Source: Acidimicrobiia bacterium
GTDB lineage: Bacteria; Actinomycetota; Acidimicrobiia; Spongiisociales; Spongiisociaceae
DNA: 64,000 nucleotides
Assembly: GCA_041576165.1 (NCBI GenBank)
Contig: JBFGLM010000021.1
Coordinates: 1-64,000, forward strand
Reading direction: 5' to 3'
The first letter of the stretch is position 1. Every line of letters begins with the position of its first letter. Of this stretch, positions 20,136 through 28,913 are shown in pieces. The notes below the pieces were generated by a model that was not told the origin of the DNA, did not search any database, and was given only the letters and a program-made list of their open reading frames with translations. A program made the position numbers and the translations under genes.

Positions 20136-21386
20136 ATGCACTTTGATGCGACGACACTTCCATCCGGCCTGCGCGTGCTCACCGAGCACATCCCCGGGAT
20201 CCGCTCGGTGGCAGTGGGCTGCTGGGTTGACACAGGCACGCGCGACGAACGGCCCAGCGAGGCCGGCGCCTCCCACTTCCTGGAACACCTGCTGTTCAAG
20301 GGTTCGGAGCGCCTGTCGGCACGCGATATCTCTCAGACATTCGATGCGATTGGCGCCCAGTCCAATGCGTTCACAAGCAAGGAGTACACCTGCTTCTGGG
20401 CACGGCTCCTGGACACCGAACTGGAGACCGGCATCGATCTCCTGGCGGAGATGCTGCAACGGCCGGCCTTCCGGCCCAAGGACATCGATTCGGAGCGGCA
20501 GGTCGTCATCGAGGAGATCAACATGACCGACGATGATCCCTCCGACGTTGCGGTCGAAGCGTTCACCCGCTCACTGTTCGCCGGCCATCCGCTGGAGGCC
20601 CCGGTGCTGGGGACCCGAGAGTCGATCACTGCGATGACGCCGGAGGACATTGGTGGCTATTGGGACCGGCGCTACGGGTCGGCGACCACGGTCGTCGCGG
20701 TAGCCGGCAGCGTGGAACATCAGCGGGTAGTCGACTTGGTCGACAAATACTTCGGTGAATGGTCGGAGGACGAATCCGGCCGTGGTCTGGCGCAGCCGTC
20801 GATCAAACCGCGGGTGGAGGTGGTCGAGCGACCGACGGAGCAGACTCACTTGGTGATCGGTGGCGAGTCGATCACGCGGACCGACGACGCCCGTTACGTC
20901 GATTCGGTGATGCACCACATCCTCGGCGGGGGCATGTCGTCGCGTTTGTTCCAGTCGATCCGGGAGGAGCGGGGCCTGGCCTATGCGGTCCAGAGTTTCT
21001 CGATGCCGTTCGCCGACACTGGGGCATGGGCGGTGTACGTGGGCACCACTCCCACGATGACGGGCACGGTGATCGAGCTCGTGCTGGATGAAGTCCAGCA
21101 ACTGGCTACGTCGGGGGTCACCGAGGACGAGCTCGAACGCGCCAAAGGGCACATGCGCGGCGCACTGGCCCTCTCGATGGAAGATGCCAACTCGCGCATG
21201 AATCGTCTTGGCCGGGCCGAGCTGCTGGGTTTGCCGCATTTGAGTCTGGATGAGCGCCTCGCCAGAGTCGAGGAGATCACGGCGGACGACATACGCGATC
21301 TGGCGGCCAAGACTCTCACCGGGCCCAGGGTCATTGGCGCGACCGGCCCCTTCGAGTCCGACCAGCTCGCAAGGTACGTGACATGA
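20136..21386 (+). CDS. M16 (pitrilysin) family zinc peptidase
   Basis: HFLEH inverted zinc motif, NAFT, SSRLFQ.IRE.RGL.Y; usual position upstream of dapB. Confidence 0.93.
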   Translation: MHFDATTLPSGLRVLTEHIPGIRSVAVGCWVDTGTRDERPSEAGASHFLEHLLFKGSERLSARDISQTFDAIGAQSNAFTSKEYTCFWARLLDTELETGIDLLAEMLQRPAFRPKDIDSERQVVIEEINMTDDDPSDVAVEAFTRSLFAGHPLEAPVLGTRESITAMTPEDIGGYWDRRYGSATTVVAVAGSVEHQRVVDLVDKYFGEWSEDESGRGLAQPSIKPRVEVVERPTEQTHLVIGGESITRTDDARYVDSVMHHILGGGMSSRLFQSIREERGLAYAVQSFSMPFADTGAWAVYVGTTPTMTGTVIELVLDEVQQLATSGVTEDELERAKGHMRGALALSMEDANSRMNRLGRAELLGLPHLSLDERLARVEEITADDIRDLAAKTLTGPRVIGATGPFESDQLARYVT

Positions 21387-22153
21387 AAGTCGGCGTGTCG
21401 GGCGCGGCCGGGCGGATGGGGCGGCTAACGGTGTCCGTCGTCCAGGACTTGGAGGGAGCGGAGATCCACGGCCTTTATGCCCCCCGTCACGGTGGTGAGG
21501 AGATCGGGGGCCTTTTGTGCTCGGACCGGCCTGACGCCCTCGCCGGATGCGACGTGATCGTTGAGTTCACGACTCCGCAAGCCGCCGCCATCAACGTTCC
21601 TGTATGGCGCGAGCTGGGTGCGCACGTGCTCATCGGTACCTCCGGCTACACCGTCGAGAAGCTCGCCCAACTCCGTGCGGAGTGGGGAGACGGCTCGTCG
21701 CGCTGTCTCGTGGTTCCCAACTTCGCCATCGGCGCGGTGCTGATGATGCGTTTCTCGGAGCTCGCCGCGCCGCATTTCGAATCCGCCGAGATCATCGAGA
21801 TGCATCACCGCGACAAACCCGATGCGCCGTCGGGCACCTCCTTGGCGACGGCTGCTCGCATGGCAGACGCCCGGCGTGGCGCAGCCGCGAGCGAGCCGGC
21901 GTCCCGCGGCACCGAGATCGCACCGGGGGCGCTCGGCGCCGACATCGATGGCGTGGCGGTCCATTCCTTGCGGCTGGAAGGATCGATTGCCCATCAGGAG
22001 GTCGTGCTGGGCACGACCGGCCAGTACCTCACGATCCGCCACGACACCACCAACTACGCCGCCTTCGCTCCGGGCATCGCCCTGGCCGTGCAGCACATCA
22101 GTGACCTGCCCGAGCCCGTCACGGTTGGACTCGAAGCGCTTTTGGGTGTGTAG
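21383..22153 (+). CDS. dapB: 4-hydroxy-tetrahydrodipicolinate reductase
   Basis: GAAGRMG, PNFAIG, EMHHRDKPDAPSGT. Confidence 0.96.
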   Translation: MKVGVSGAAGRMGRLTVSVVQDLEGAEIHGLYAPRHGGEEIGGLLCSDRPDALAGCDVIVEFTTPQAAAINVPVWRELGAHVLIGTSGYTVEKLAQLRAEWGDGSSRCLVVPNFAIGAVLMMRFSELAAPHFESAEIIEMHHRDKPDAPSGTSLATAARMADARRGAAASEPASRGTEIAPGALGADIDGVAVHSLRLEGSIAHQEVVLGTTGQYLTIRHDTTNYAAFAPGIALAVQHISDLPEPVTVGLEALLGV

Positions 22154-22190
22154 CGCCGGATTCCAATCAGCGACTAGTACGCTGCGCGGC

Positions 22191-22658
22191 GTGACCCGCT
22201 GGCTGGATGATGCCGAGATGGAGGTCTGGGAGCCGTTCGTCGTGGCGACCATGAACCTGTTTGCCATGCTCGATGCCGAGCTGAAGGAAGCGTTCGATAT
22301 CACGCATCTCGATTACGGGCTGCTCACTCAGATGAGCCGCCGGCCGGGCGGCAGGCGCATGTCGGACCTCGCCGACACTTTCGGGGTCGACCCGAGCGTC
22401 GTTACGTACCGCGTGGGCCGGATGGAGCAACGCAACCTGGCCAAGCGGGTGGAATGCCCCACCGACCGCCGAGGGGTGCTGGCCGTGCTGACCGATGCGG
22501 GGCGCCGCCTGCTGGAAGAAGCTGCTCCGATGCATGTCGCGTCGGTGCGGCGCCTGTTCCTCGACCAACTTGATCGCGCCGACTATCCGGCGTTGGGAGG
22601 CTCGTTCCGTCGTATCCGGGGGAGCCAGATACCAGCAAGCAACGCTCAGGCGCTGTGA
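22191..22658 (+). CDS. MarR family transcriptional regulator
   Basis: RWLDDAE...W, RMSDLA, CPTDRRG..LT..G. GTG start 7 nt after TACGCT; the ORF-track extension into dapB is spurious. Confidence 0.88.
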   Translation: MTRWLDDAEMEVWEPFVVATMNLFAMLDAELKEAFDITHLDYGLLTQMSRRPGGRRMSDLADTFGVDPSVVTYRVGRMEQRNLAKRVECPTDRRGVLAVLTDAGRRLLEEAAPMHVASVRRLFLDQLDRADYPALGGSFRRIRGSQIPASNAQAL

Positions 22659-22680
22659 CGACAGGAAACGTACCCGCAGG

Positions 22681-23013
22681 TCAGGCGCGCTCGACTGCGG
22701 CCGCCAGCAGTCCGCCATAGACGAGAGCCGTGCCGAGCACGATGACGGTCGCCAGGTTCCACTGGCGACTCAAGGGTGGGCGCTCACCGCTCAGGCGGGT
22801 ATGCAGCACGCCGACGAGTATCCAGAGCAGCATGTCAACCGGCCAGGCCAGGACCAGGTCGCTCCCTCCCAGGACGGTGATGATCCCAGACACCGGCGCA
22901 CCCGCGAAGAGCAAAGTGAATGCGCCCCACTCGCACATTCCCAGACAACCATCGCGACCTTCGAGTGTGATGCCGGTGCTCCACAGCAGCGCGCCGGCGA
23001 CGACCAGTGTCAA
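22681..23013 (-). CDS. small multi-TM hypothetical protein
   Basis: Three to four hydrophobic segments. The frame stays open upstream to about 23085, so the true start may lie earlier. Confidence 0.6.
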   Translation of the reverse strand: MTLVVAGALLWSTGITLEGRDGCLGMCEWGAFTLLFAGAPVSGIITVLGGSDLVLAWPVDMLLWILVGVLHTRLSGERPPLSRQWNLATVIVLGTALVYGGLLAAAVERA

Positions 23014-23081
23014 TGCGGCCCATGTGACCGCTGCGCAGCCGACACCCGCTTGCGGATCGGCGGCCGGCGGTGTGGGCGTGG

Positions 23082-23588
23082 TCAGGACTCCCGGATCTCG
23101 ACCGAGCTGATGACGCAGTCCTCGAGCGGTCGTTCGCCGGAACGGGGTGCCGCAGCGATGGAATCGACCGCGTCCATCCCATCGGTCACCTTCCCGAAGA
23201 TTGTGTACGCATGCGGAAGGCTGACGTCATCGAGACATATGAAGAACTGCGACCCGTTGGTATTGGGCCCGGCGTTGGCCATGGCCACCGTGCCGCGAGC
23301 ATACGAACCGTCGCCATCCAGCTCGTCCCGGAATTTGTAGCCGGGACCGCCGCTCCCGCTGCTGGTTGGGTCACCGCCCTGAATCACGAAACCGGGGACG
23401 ACCCGGTGGAAGATCACCCCGTCGTAGAACCCCTCCCCGGCCAGGAAAAGCCAGTTGTTGACGGTTATGGGAGAGCGCGCTGCGTCAAACTCGATCGATA
23501 TATCACCGTGGTTGGTGCGGAGGACGGCGCTGTAGGTCTTGTCGAGATCGACTGTGAGGTCGGGAGGGCTGGCGTATTGCTTCGCCAT
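23082..23588 (-). CDS. ppiA: cyclophilin-type peptidyl-prolyl cis-trans isomerase
   Basis: FHRVVPGFVIQGGDP, AMANAGPNTNGSQFFI, YTIFGKV; GAAAGG RBS. Confidence 0.95.
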   Translation of the reverse strand: MAKQYASPPDLTVDLDKTYSAVLRTNHGDISIEFDAARSPITVNNWLFLAGEGFYDGVIFHRVVPGFVIQGGDPTSSGSGGPGYKFRDELDGDGSYARGTVAMANAGPNTNGSQFFICLDDVSLPHAYTIFGKVTDGMDAVDSIAAAPRSGERPLEDCVISSVEIRES

Positions 23589-23813
23589 GTGACGGCCTTT
23601 CTTCTGATTCATCGTGCGCCGGGTCGGGCGGGTGCCGGCGCCTGCACCGGGGTGGGGACACCCGCGAGTCAGCTCAGCGCCGTTCGAGAGGCTAGGCGGA
23701 TCGGCGGCATGTCCAAAAGCGTGGAGCTGCGGCAGCGCCACCGACGAACCTAGTCTCTGGCATGTACCTGAAATCGATTGGCAACCGGTGTTCCGGTCCG
23801 ATGGAGGTGGCGG

Positions 23814-24713
23814 ATGATCGATCCCGAACACGTCGTCATTGAAGAGGAAGTCGATGGCGCAGTCGTTCAGCTGATGTACGTCGAGACCTGGGACGGTTTG
23901 TACACGCCGATCGGGGTCCGCAAGCCGGACGGGGATGGCCCGTTCCCGATGGTGTTGTTGGCTTCCGGCAATGGTGGGGAAGGCATGCCGTGGGTCCGGG
24001 CTGCGGTGCGGGAGCGGGGTTACATCATGGATCGGCTCGTGGACGCCGGATATTCCTCTGCCTGGCTGCGGTACCGGACCGAAGTCGAGCTCGGATACAA
24101 CCAGGGCGGCGCGTTGATCCGCGACATGCGGCAAGGCCGGGAACTGTTCAGCCGGGCTCCCCTGGAGTACGAGGACGAGATCGCCATCATCGATCACGTC
24201 AAAGCGTTGCCCTATGTGGAGCCGGACCGGATCGGTCTGATCGGCATGAGTCACGGGGGCGAGATGGCGCTCAAGGTGACGTCGGAGTATCACGGCGTGG
24301 CGGCGGCGGTGGCGAGCGAACCGGCGGCCCATGAGTTTCTGGCCCTCACCCCAGACTCGACTGCCTTCGTGGATGAACGAACCCAGCTCCGCAACATCGA
24401 GGCCATGCAGATGGCGCAGGTCTCCAAGGTGCGTCGCCACATAGACCTGGATGCAGCGACGGCCCGGATCGAGACGATAGAGACGCCGATACTGGTCATG
24501 GGCCGCGAGCGGGATCACCTGCAGGGCATCTTCCGGACGACCTATGAGCTGCTCGCTGAGGCCGGTAAAGATGTCGAGTGGATCTCTTACGACCACGACG
24601 TGCACGGCTACGTGTATCCCACGCGCAACGAGGAAGGCGACTACGACGTCGACGAGGTCCAGCTGGAGGCGATCGCGTATGTCATCAGCTGGCTGGACCG
24701 CTATCTGAAGTGA
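23814..24713 (+). CDS. alpha/beta hydrolase (S9 / dienelactone hydrolase-like)
   Basis: RIGLIGMSHGG nucleophile elbow, ERD, HDVHG; GGAGG RBS. Confidence 0.78.
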   Translation: MIDPEHVVIEEEVDGAVVQLMYVETWDGLYTPIGVRKPDGDGPFPMVLLASGNGGEGMPWVRAAVRERGYIMDRLVDAGYSSAWLRYRTEVELGYNQGGALIRDMRQGRELFSRAPLEYEDEIAIIDHVKALPYVEPDRIGLIGMSHGGEMALKVTSEYHGVAAAVASEPAAHEFLALTPDSTAFVDERTQLRNIEAMQMAQVSKVRRHIDLDAATARIETIETPILVMGRERDHLQGIFRTTYELLAEAGKDVEWISYDHDVHGYVYPTRNEEGDYDVDEVQLEAIAYVISWLDRYLK

Positions 24714-24736
24714 GGCCGGGCCCGAGACCCGCTAAT

Positions 24737-25570
24737 TCAGAAGAGTGCGCTGGCCAGCTTGGTTCGGTACGTCTTGACGAGCGGATCGTCGGGGCCGCGC
24801 AGATCGAAGATGTCGATCATGGCCTGGCGCGCCTGCTCCGACTCGTCCGCCTTGGCCTGAACGACGGCCAGTAGGCCCTCGAGAGCGTCTTCGAGGTCGC
24901 CGGCGGCGGCGGCGGCTTGTGCCACGTGCAGGCGGGCCTGGACATCGTCCGGATTCTTGGCCAGGGCGGCGCACGCCGCCTCGGCGTCGATGCTCTCAGC
25001 CGCGGTCATGCGGGCGGCTGCCTGGAGATGGGCGACCTCTTCGTTGGCGGAGAGGTGCGCCAGCACTTCGAGAGCGGCATCGGCGTCTCCCTGGTTGATG
25101 CGGAGGGCCGCCACCGCCAGACCCGCCTCCTGGTGCGTTGGCTCGGCAGCCAGGACGGTGTTCAGTATCTCCAGAGCCGCGTCCTCGTCGCCGGCGTCCA
25201 GCAGCCGTTCGGCGGCGGCGACCTGGCGGTCGGAGTCGGTCGGCCTCAGCTCTTCCACCCATTGTCGAACCTGTGTGTCCGGGAGCGCGCCGGTGAAGCG
25301 TGCCGTCGGCTGGCCACCCTTGAAGGCGATCACAGTGGGAATGCCCTGGATGCCGAACTGGCCGGCGAGCTGCTGATTGCGATCGACGTCGACCTTGGCG
25401 AGCTCCACCTCGCCGTCTGTGGCTTGCACCGCAGCCTCGAGCGCGGGGCCGAGCACCTTGCAAGGCCCACACCATTCGGCCCAGAAGTCGACGATGATCG
25501 GCTTTTCGTGTGATCGATCGAGGACCCGAGTGGAGAAGTCTTCGGATTCGACGTCGTAAGCGATCGGCAT
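24737..25570 (-). CDS. thioredoxin-TPR protein (YbbN/CnoX-like)
   Basis: DFWAEWCGPCK, IQGIPTV, TPR-like helices, YRTKLASALF end. Confidence 0.92.
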   Translation of the reverse strand: MPIAYDVESEDFSTRVLDRSHEKPIIVDFWAEWCGPCKVLGPALEAAVQATDGEVELAKVDVDRNQQLAGQFGIQGIPTVIAFKGGQPTARFTGALPDTQVRQWVEELRPTDSDRQVAAAERLLDAGDEDAALEILNTVLAAEPTHQEAGLAVAALRINQGDADAALEVLAHLSANEEVAHLQAAARMTAAESIDAEAACAALAKNPDDVQARLHVAQAAAAAGDLEDALEGLLAVVQAKADESEQARQAMIDIFDLRGPDDPLVKTYRTKLASALF

Positions 25571-25745
25571 TATGCGCCCAAGGTTAGATCGTCGCCCGAC
25601 GTTCCCGAACCCCGTCGGACGGACCGGGCCCATGTCAGCAGCCGCCCGGGCAACGGCCCGCGCTTTCTCCGGCTCCAAAGAGACGAAACACCCCCGCATG
25701 CGTGCTCTATCCTGGCAATGACCAACACACACGGAAGGTGCGGAA

Positions 25746-26639
25746 ATGTCCGGCGCGGATACACCCTTTGGACAGGTCCTGACCGCGATGATCACGCCGT
25801 TCGATGACGATGGACGCGTCGATTATGACCGCGCATCTCGGCTCGCCGCCTACCTCGTGTCGCACGGCTCCGACGGCCTCGTGGTAACCGGTACGACCGG
25901 GGAGTCGCCCACTCTCAGCGACGACGAGAAGCTGGCGCTGTACCGAGCGGTGCTGGACGCGGTGGGAGGACGAGCCACCGTGATCGCCGGGACCGGTACG
26001 TACGACACCCACCACTCGATCGAACAGTCGACTAGAGCCGCCGAGCTGGGCGTCGACGGACTCATGGCCGTGACGCCGTACTACTCGAAGCCATCTCAGG
26101 ATGGACTTCTGGCTCACTTTGCGGCCATCGCCGACGCAGTCGACCTGCCCATGATCGTCTACAACATCCCCGGTCGGACAGGACGGCTCATCGAGATACC
26201 CACTCTGGCCGAACTAGCCGTACACCCCAACATCGTCGCCACCAAGGACGCCGTCGACGACGTGGGTTACACCGCGCGCAGCCGGGCGGCACTACCGGAG
26301 GATTTTGCCATCTATTCGGGGTCTGACATCTATACGCTGCCCCAACTTTCCGTCGGGGCGATTGGGGTGATTTCGGTAGCTTCGCATTTCGTCGGCCCGC
26401 AGATCAAGCGGATGATCATCGCGTACACCCAGGGTGATGTGGCAGAGGCGCAGCGGTTGCTGGCAGGCCTCATCCCGATCTTCGAGGCGTGCTTCGTGGA
26501 GCCCAATCCGATGCCGACCAAGGCCGGGCTCAACGCGTTGTGGGAATCAGTGGGTGACCCCCGCCCCCCGCTGGTCGGTGCCCATCCCGACACCACCCAG
26601 ATGATCAAAGACGCACTCGGTATCGCGCAGCAGTTGTGA
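25746..26639 (+). CDS. dapA: 4-hydroxy-tetrahydrodipicolinate synthase
   Basis: GTTGES, PYYSKP, YNIPGRT, catalytic K in ATKDA. Confidence 0.96.
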   Translation: MSGADTPFGQVLTAMITPFDDDGRVDYDRASRLAAYLVSHGSDGLVVTGTTGESPTLSDDEKLALYRAVLDAVGGRATVIAGTGTYDTHHSIEQSTRAAELGVDGLMAVTPYYSKPSQDGLLAHFAAIADAVDLPMIVYNIPGRTGRLIEIPTLAELAVHPNIVATKDAVDDVGYTARSRAALPEDFAIYSGSDIYTLPQLSVGAIGVISVASHFVGPQIKRMIIAYTQGDVAEAQRLLAGLIPIFEACFVEPNPMPTKAGLNALWESVGDPRPPLVGAHPDTTQMIKDALGIAQQL

Positions 26640-28273
26640 CGGTCAGGGTCACGTTTCTCGGCGGCCTCGGCGAGATAGGACGCAACTGCGCCGCATTGGA
26701 GCACGATGGAAAGATCGCGCTCATCGACTGCGGGCTCATGTTCCCTGAAGAGGACATGCTCGGCGTGGATTTGGTCTTCCCCGATTGGAGCTGGCTCGTC
26801 GAGCGGCGCGAGGACGTGGAGATGGTCGTGCTCACCCACGGCCATGAGGACCACATCGGCGCGCTGGGATACTTCCTACGCGAGATCGGTGTCCCCGTCT
26901 ACGGCACCGAACTCACTGTCGAATTCGCCCGAGCCCGAGTGGATGAGCTGCGGGTAGACGCCGATTTCCGGCCGGTGGAGCATTCCCGTTGGCTGGATCA
27001 CGGTCCGTTCCGGTTCCGCCTGATCCCTGTCTCCCACAGCGTGCCGGACGGATGCGGGGTTGCCTTTGACACCCCCGAAGGCATGGTCGTGCACACCGGT
27101 GACTTCAAGCTGGACCCCACCCCGATCGACGACAAGCCGACCGATCTACCTGCGTTCGCCAAGCTCGGTCGGCAGGGTGTCCGGCTGCTCCTGTCCGACT
27201 CGACCAACGCCGAGCGGGAGGGCTTCGTCGCGTCCGAGCGCTCTCTGGGCAGGACTATCAATGCCATCATGCGGGAGGCTCCGGGGCGGGTGATCGCTGC
27301 GTGCTTTTCTTCTCATATCCACCGCGTGCAGCAGATCGTGGATGGTGGGATCAACGACGGCCGGTTCATAGCGTTTCTGGGCCGGTCGATGGAACGGAAC
27401 ACGGCGATCGGCACTCGGCTGGGACGGCTCCACATCCCCGACGACCGAATAATGCCCATCGAGGAGCTGCTGTCCTTGCCGCCACACGAGATCCTGGTCG
27501 TCACTACCGGTGCGCAGGGGGAACCATTCGCCGCTCTGTCGCTGATGGCATCCGGGCGGCACCGCTGGGTGGACTTGCACGAGGACGACACTGTGATCAT
27601 CTCCGCCACGCCCATCCCCGGCAATGAGTCGGCGGTATCGAAGGTGATCAGCAAGCTGAACAAGAGCGGCGCCCAGGTCTATCACGGTAGAAACGCCAGC
27701 GTGCACGTCTCCGGCCACGGAGCACGGGAGGAACTCAAGACGTTCTTCAATGTCGTGCGCCCCACCGCTTTTGTGCCGGTGCATGGGGAGTACCGCCACC
27801 TGCGGGCCCACGCCGAGATGGCCGAAGAAATGGGCATCACCGAAGTGTTCGTGCTGGAGGACGGCGACGCCATCGTCCTCGACGGCAAAGACACCTGGGT
27901 CGAGCGGGAAGCGGTCGATGCCGGCTATGTGTATCTAGACGGCCTGGGCGTGGGTGATGTGCGTGAAGGAGTGCTGCGGGATAGGGGGCATCTGGCCGAC
28001 CACGGTGTCGTGGTTGTGAGCGTCGGGCTCAATGCCAAAAACGGAACCATCATTTACGGACCGGACCTCACCAGTCACGGCTTCATGGATGAACCGGACC
28101 AGGTGCTGGCCAAAGCTGCCGAGGCGATCGAGGCGGCCCTCGCCGACTTTGCGCCGGACACTGGCGAGGACGACGACACGGTGAACGTCGTGATTCGACG
28201 GGCGGTGACCAGGGTGATCCGGGGTGAGACCCAGAGACGGCCCGTCGTGCTGCCGGTCGTGCTCGAGTTGTGA
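26636..28273 (+). CDS. rnj: ribonuclease J
   Basis: LGGLGEIGRN, THGHEDHIG, HTGDFK, HVSGH, PVHGE. Confidence 0.96.
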   Translation: MTVRVTFLGGLGEIGRNCAALEHDGKIALIDCGLMFPEEDMLGVDLVFPDWSWLVERREDVEMVVLTHGHEDHIGALGYFLREIGVPVYGTELTVEFARARVDELRVDADFRPVEHSRWLDHGPFRFRLIPVSHSVPDGCGVAFDTPEGMVVHTGDFKLDPTPIDDKPTDLPAFAKLGRQGVRLLLSDSTNAEREGFVASERSLGRTINAIMREAPGRVIAACFSSHIHRVQQIVDGGINDGRFIAFLGRSMERNTAIGTRLGRLHIPDDRIMPIEELLSLPPHEILVVTTGAQGEPFAALSLMASGRHRWVDLHEDDTVIISATPIPGNESAVSKVISKLNKSGAQVYHGRNASVHVSGHGAREELKTFFNVVRPTAFVPVHGEYRHLRAHAEMAEEMGITEVFVLEDGDAIVLDGKDTWVEREAVDAGYVYLDGLGVGDVREGVLRDRGHLADHGVVVVSVGLNAKNGTIIYGPDLTSHGFMDEPDQVLAKAAEAIEAALADFAPDTGEDDDTVNVVIRRAVTRVIRGETQRRPVVLPVVLEL

Positions 28274-28293
28274 GGCTCGCGGGACCGCGGCCG

Positions 28294-28695
28294 TCAGTTG
28301 AGCTGGACGCCGGCCGCCCGCACTGCGTCTTCTAGCCCGGCCGGGTCCTCCTGCCACACATCGATCACCTGGTCGCCGCGGAAGCGATATGTCGTGCGAG
28401 TGTTGACCGTGACTTGGTCGCTCGAGTCAGTGTCGGACGCGACGATCGACATCACGAATGACACCAGATCTCCCTCCTCGGTGAAATCGGAGACCTGGGT
28501 CTGGCGATCACGGCGGGTGCGTCGCAGCAGGTCGGTCAGAGCGATCAGGTCCTCGCGGCCCATCGCCCGCTCACCGCTCAGCCGGTAGATGAGATCGTGA
28601 GCGAACAGCGCCGTGACGTTCTCTTCGGTGCTGCCCTCCTCTGTCTCGTATTGTCGCCGGAAATAGTCGCGGATCAGGTCGGGGCGCGTTGCCAC
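28294..28695 (-). CDS. SnoaL/NTF2-like protein
   Basis: LIRDYF...LFAHD...EEGDLV...YRFRGDQVIDVW; GTG start after GGGAGG. Confidence 0.72.
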   Translation of the reverse strand: MATRPDLIRDYFRRQYETEEGSTEENVTALFAHDLIYRLSGERAMGREDLIALTDLLRRTRRDRQTQVSDFTEEGDLVSFVMSIVASDTDSSDQVTVNTRTTYRFRGDQVIDVWQEDPAGLEDAVRAAGVQLN

Positions 28696-28913
28696 ATTGT
28701 CCTCCCAGGGCCGGGATCGTACATCGTATATTCTCATTGGCACTGGCGGCGAGTCACGTTTATTGCTCACGCCGGATCGGGCCAACGGACCGTCGGTTTC
28801 GTCTCATGTCGCCGGGCGAGCCCCCGCCCCTGCGACTGATCGCGCGGATCGCGCGATAAATCGCGCGATGGGTCGTTGGTACAGATTATGGGCTTGTGTA
28901 GTGTTCCAGACAC

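Noticed and set aside
23665-23730. tRNA-like fragments (AGCTCAG, GTTCGAG)
   Set aside because: Spacing and stems do not form a cloverleaf; kept only as a generic structured-RNA candidate.
23082-24605. 507-aa cyclophilin ORF suggesting a fusion
   Set aside because: The upstream part is antisense to the hydrolase; the cyclophilin starts at 23588 with an RBS.
25571-25745. possible lysine riboswitch upstream of dapA
   Set aside because: No recognisable L-box sequence; the space is short and shared with a divergent promoter.
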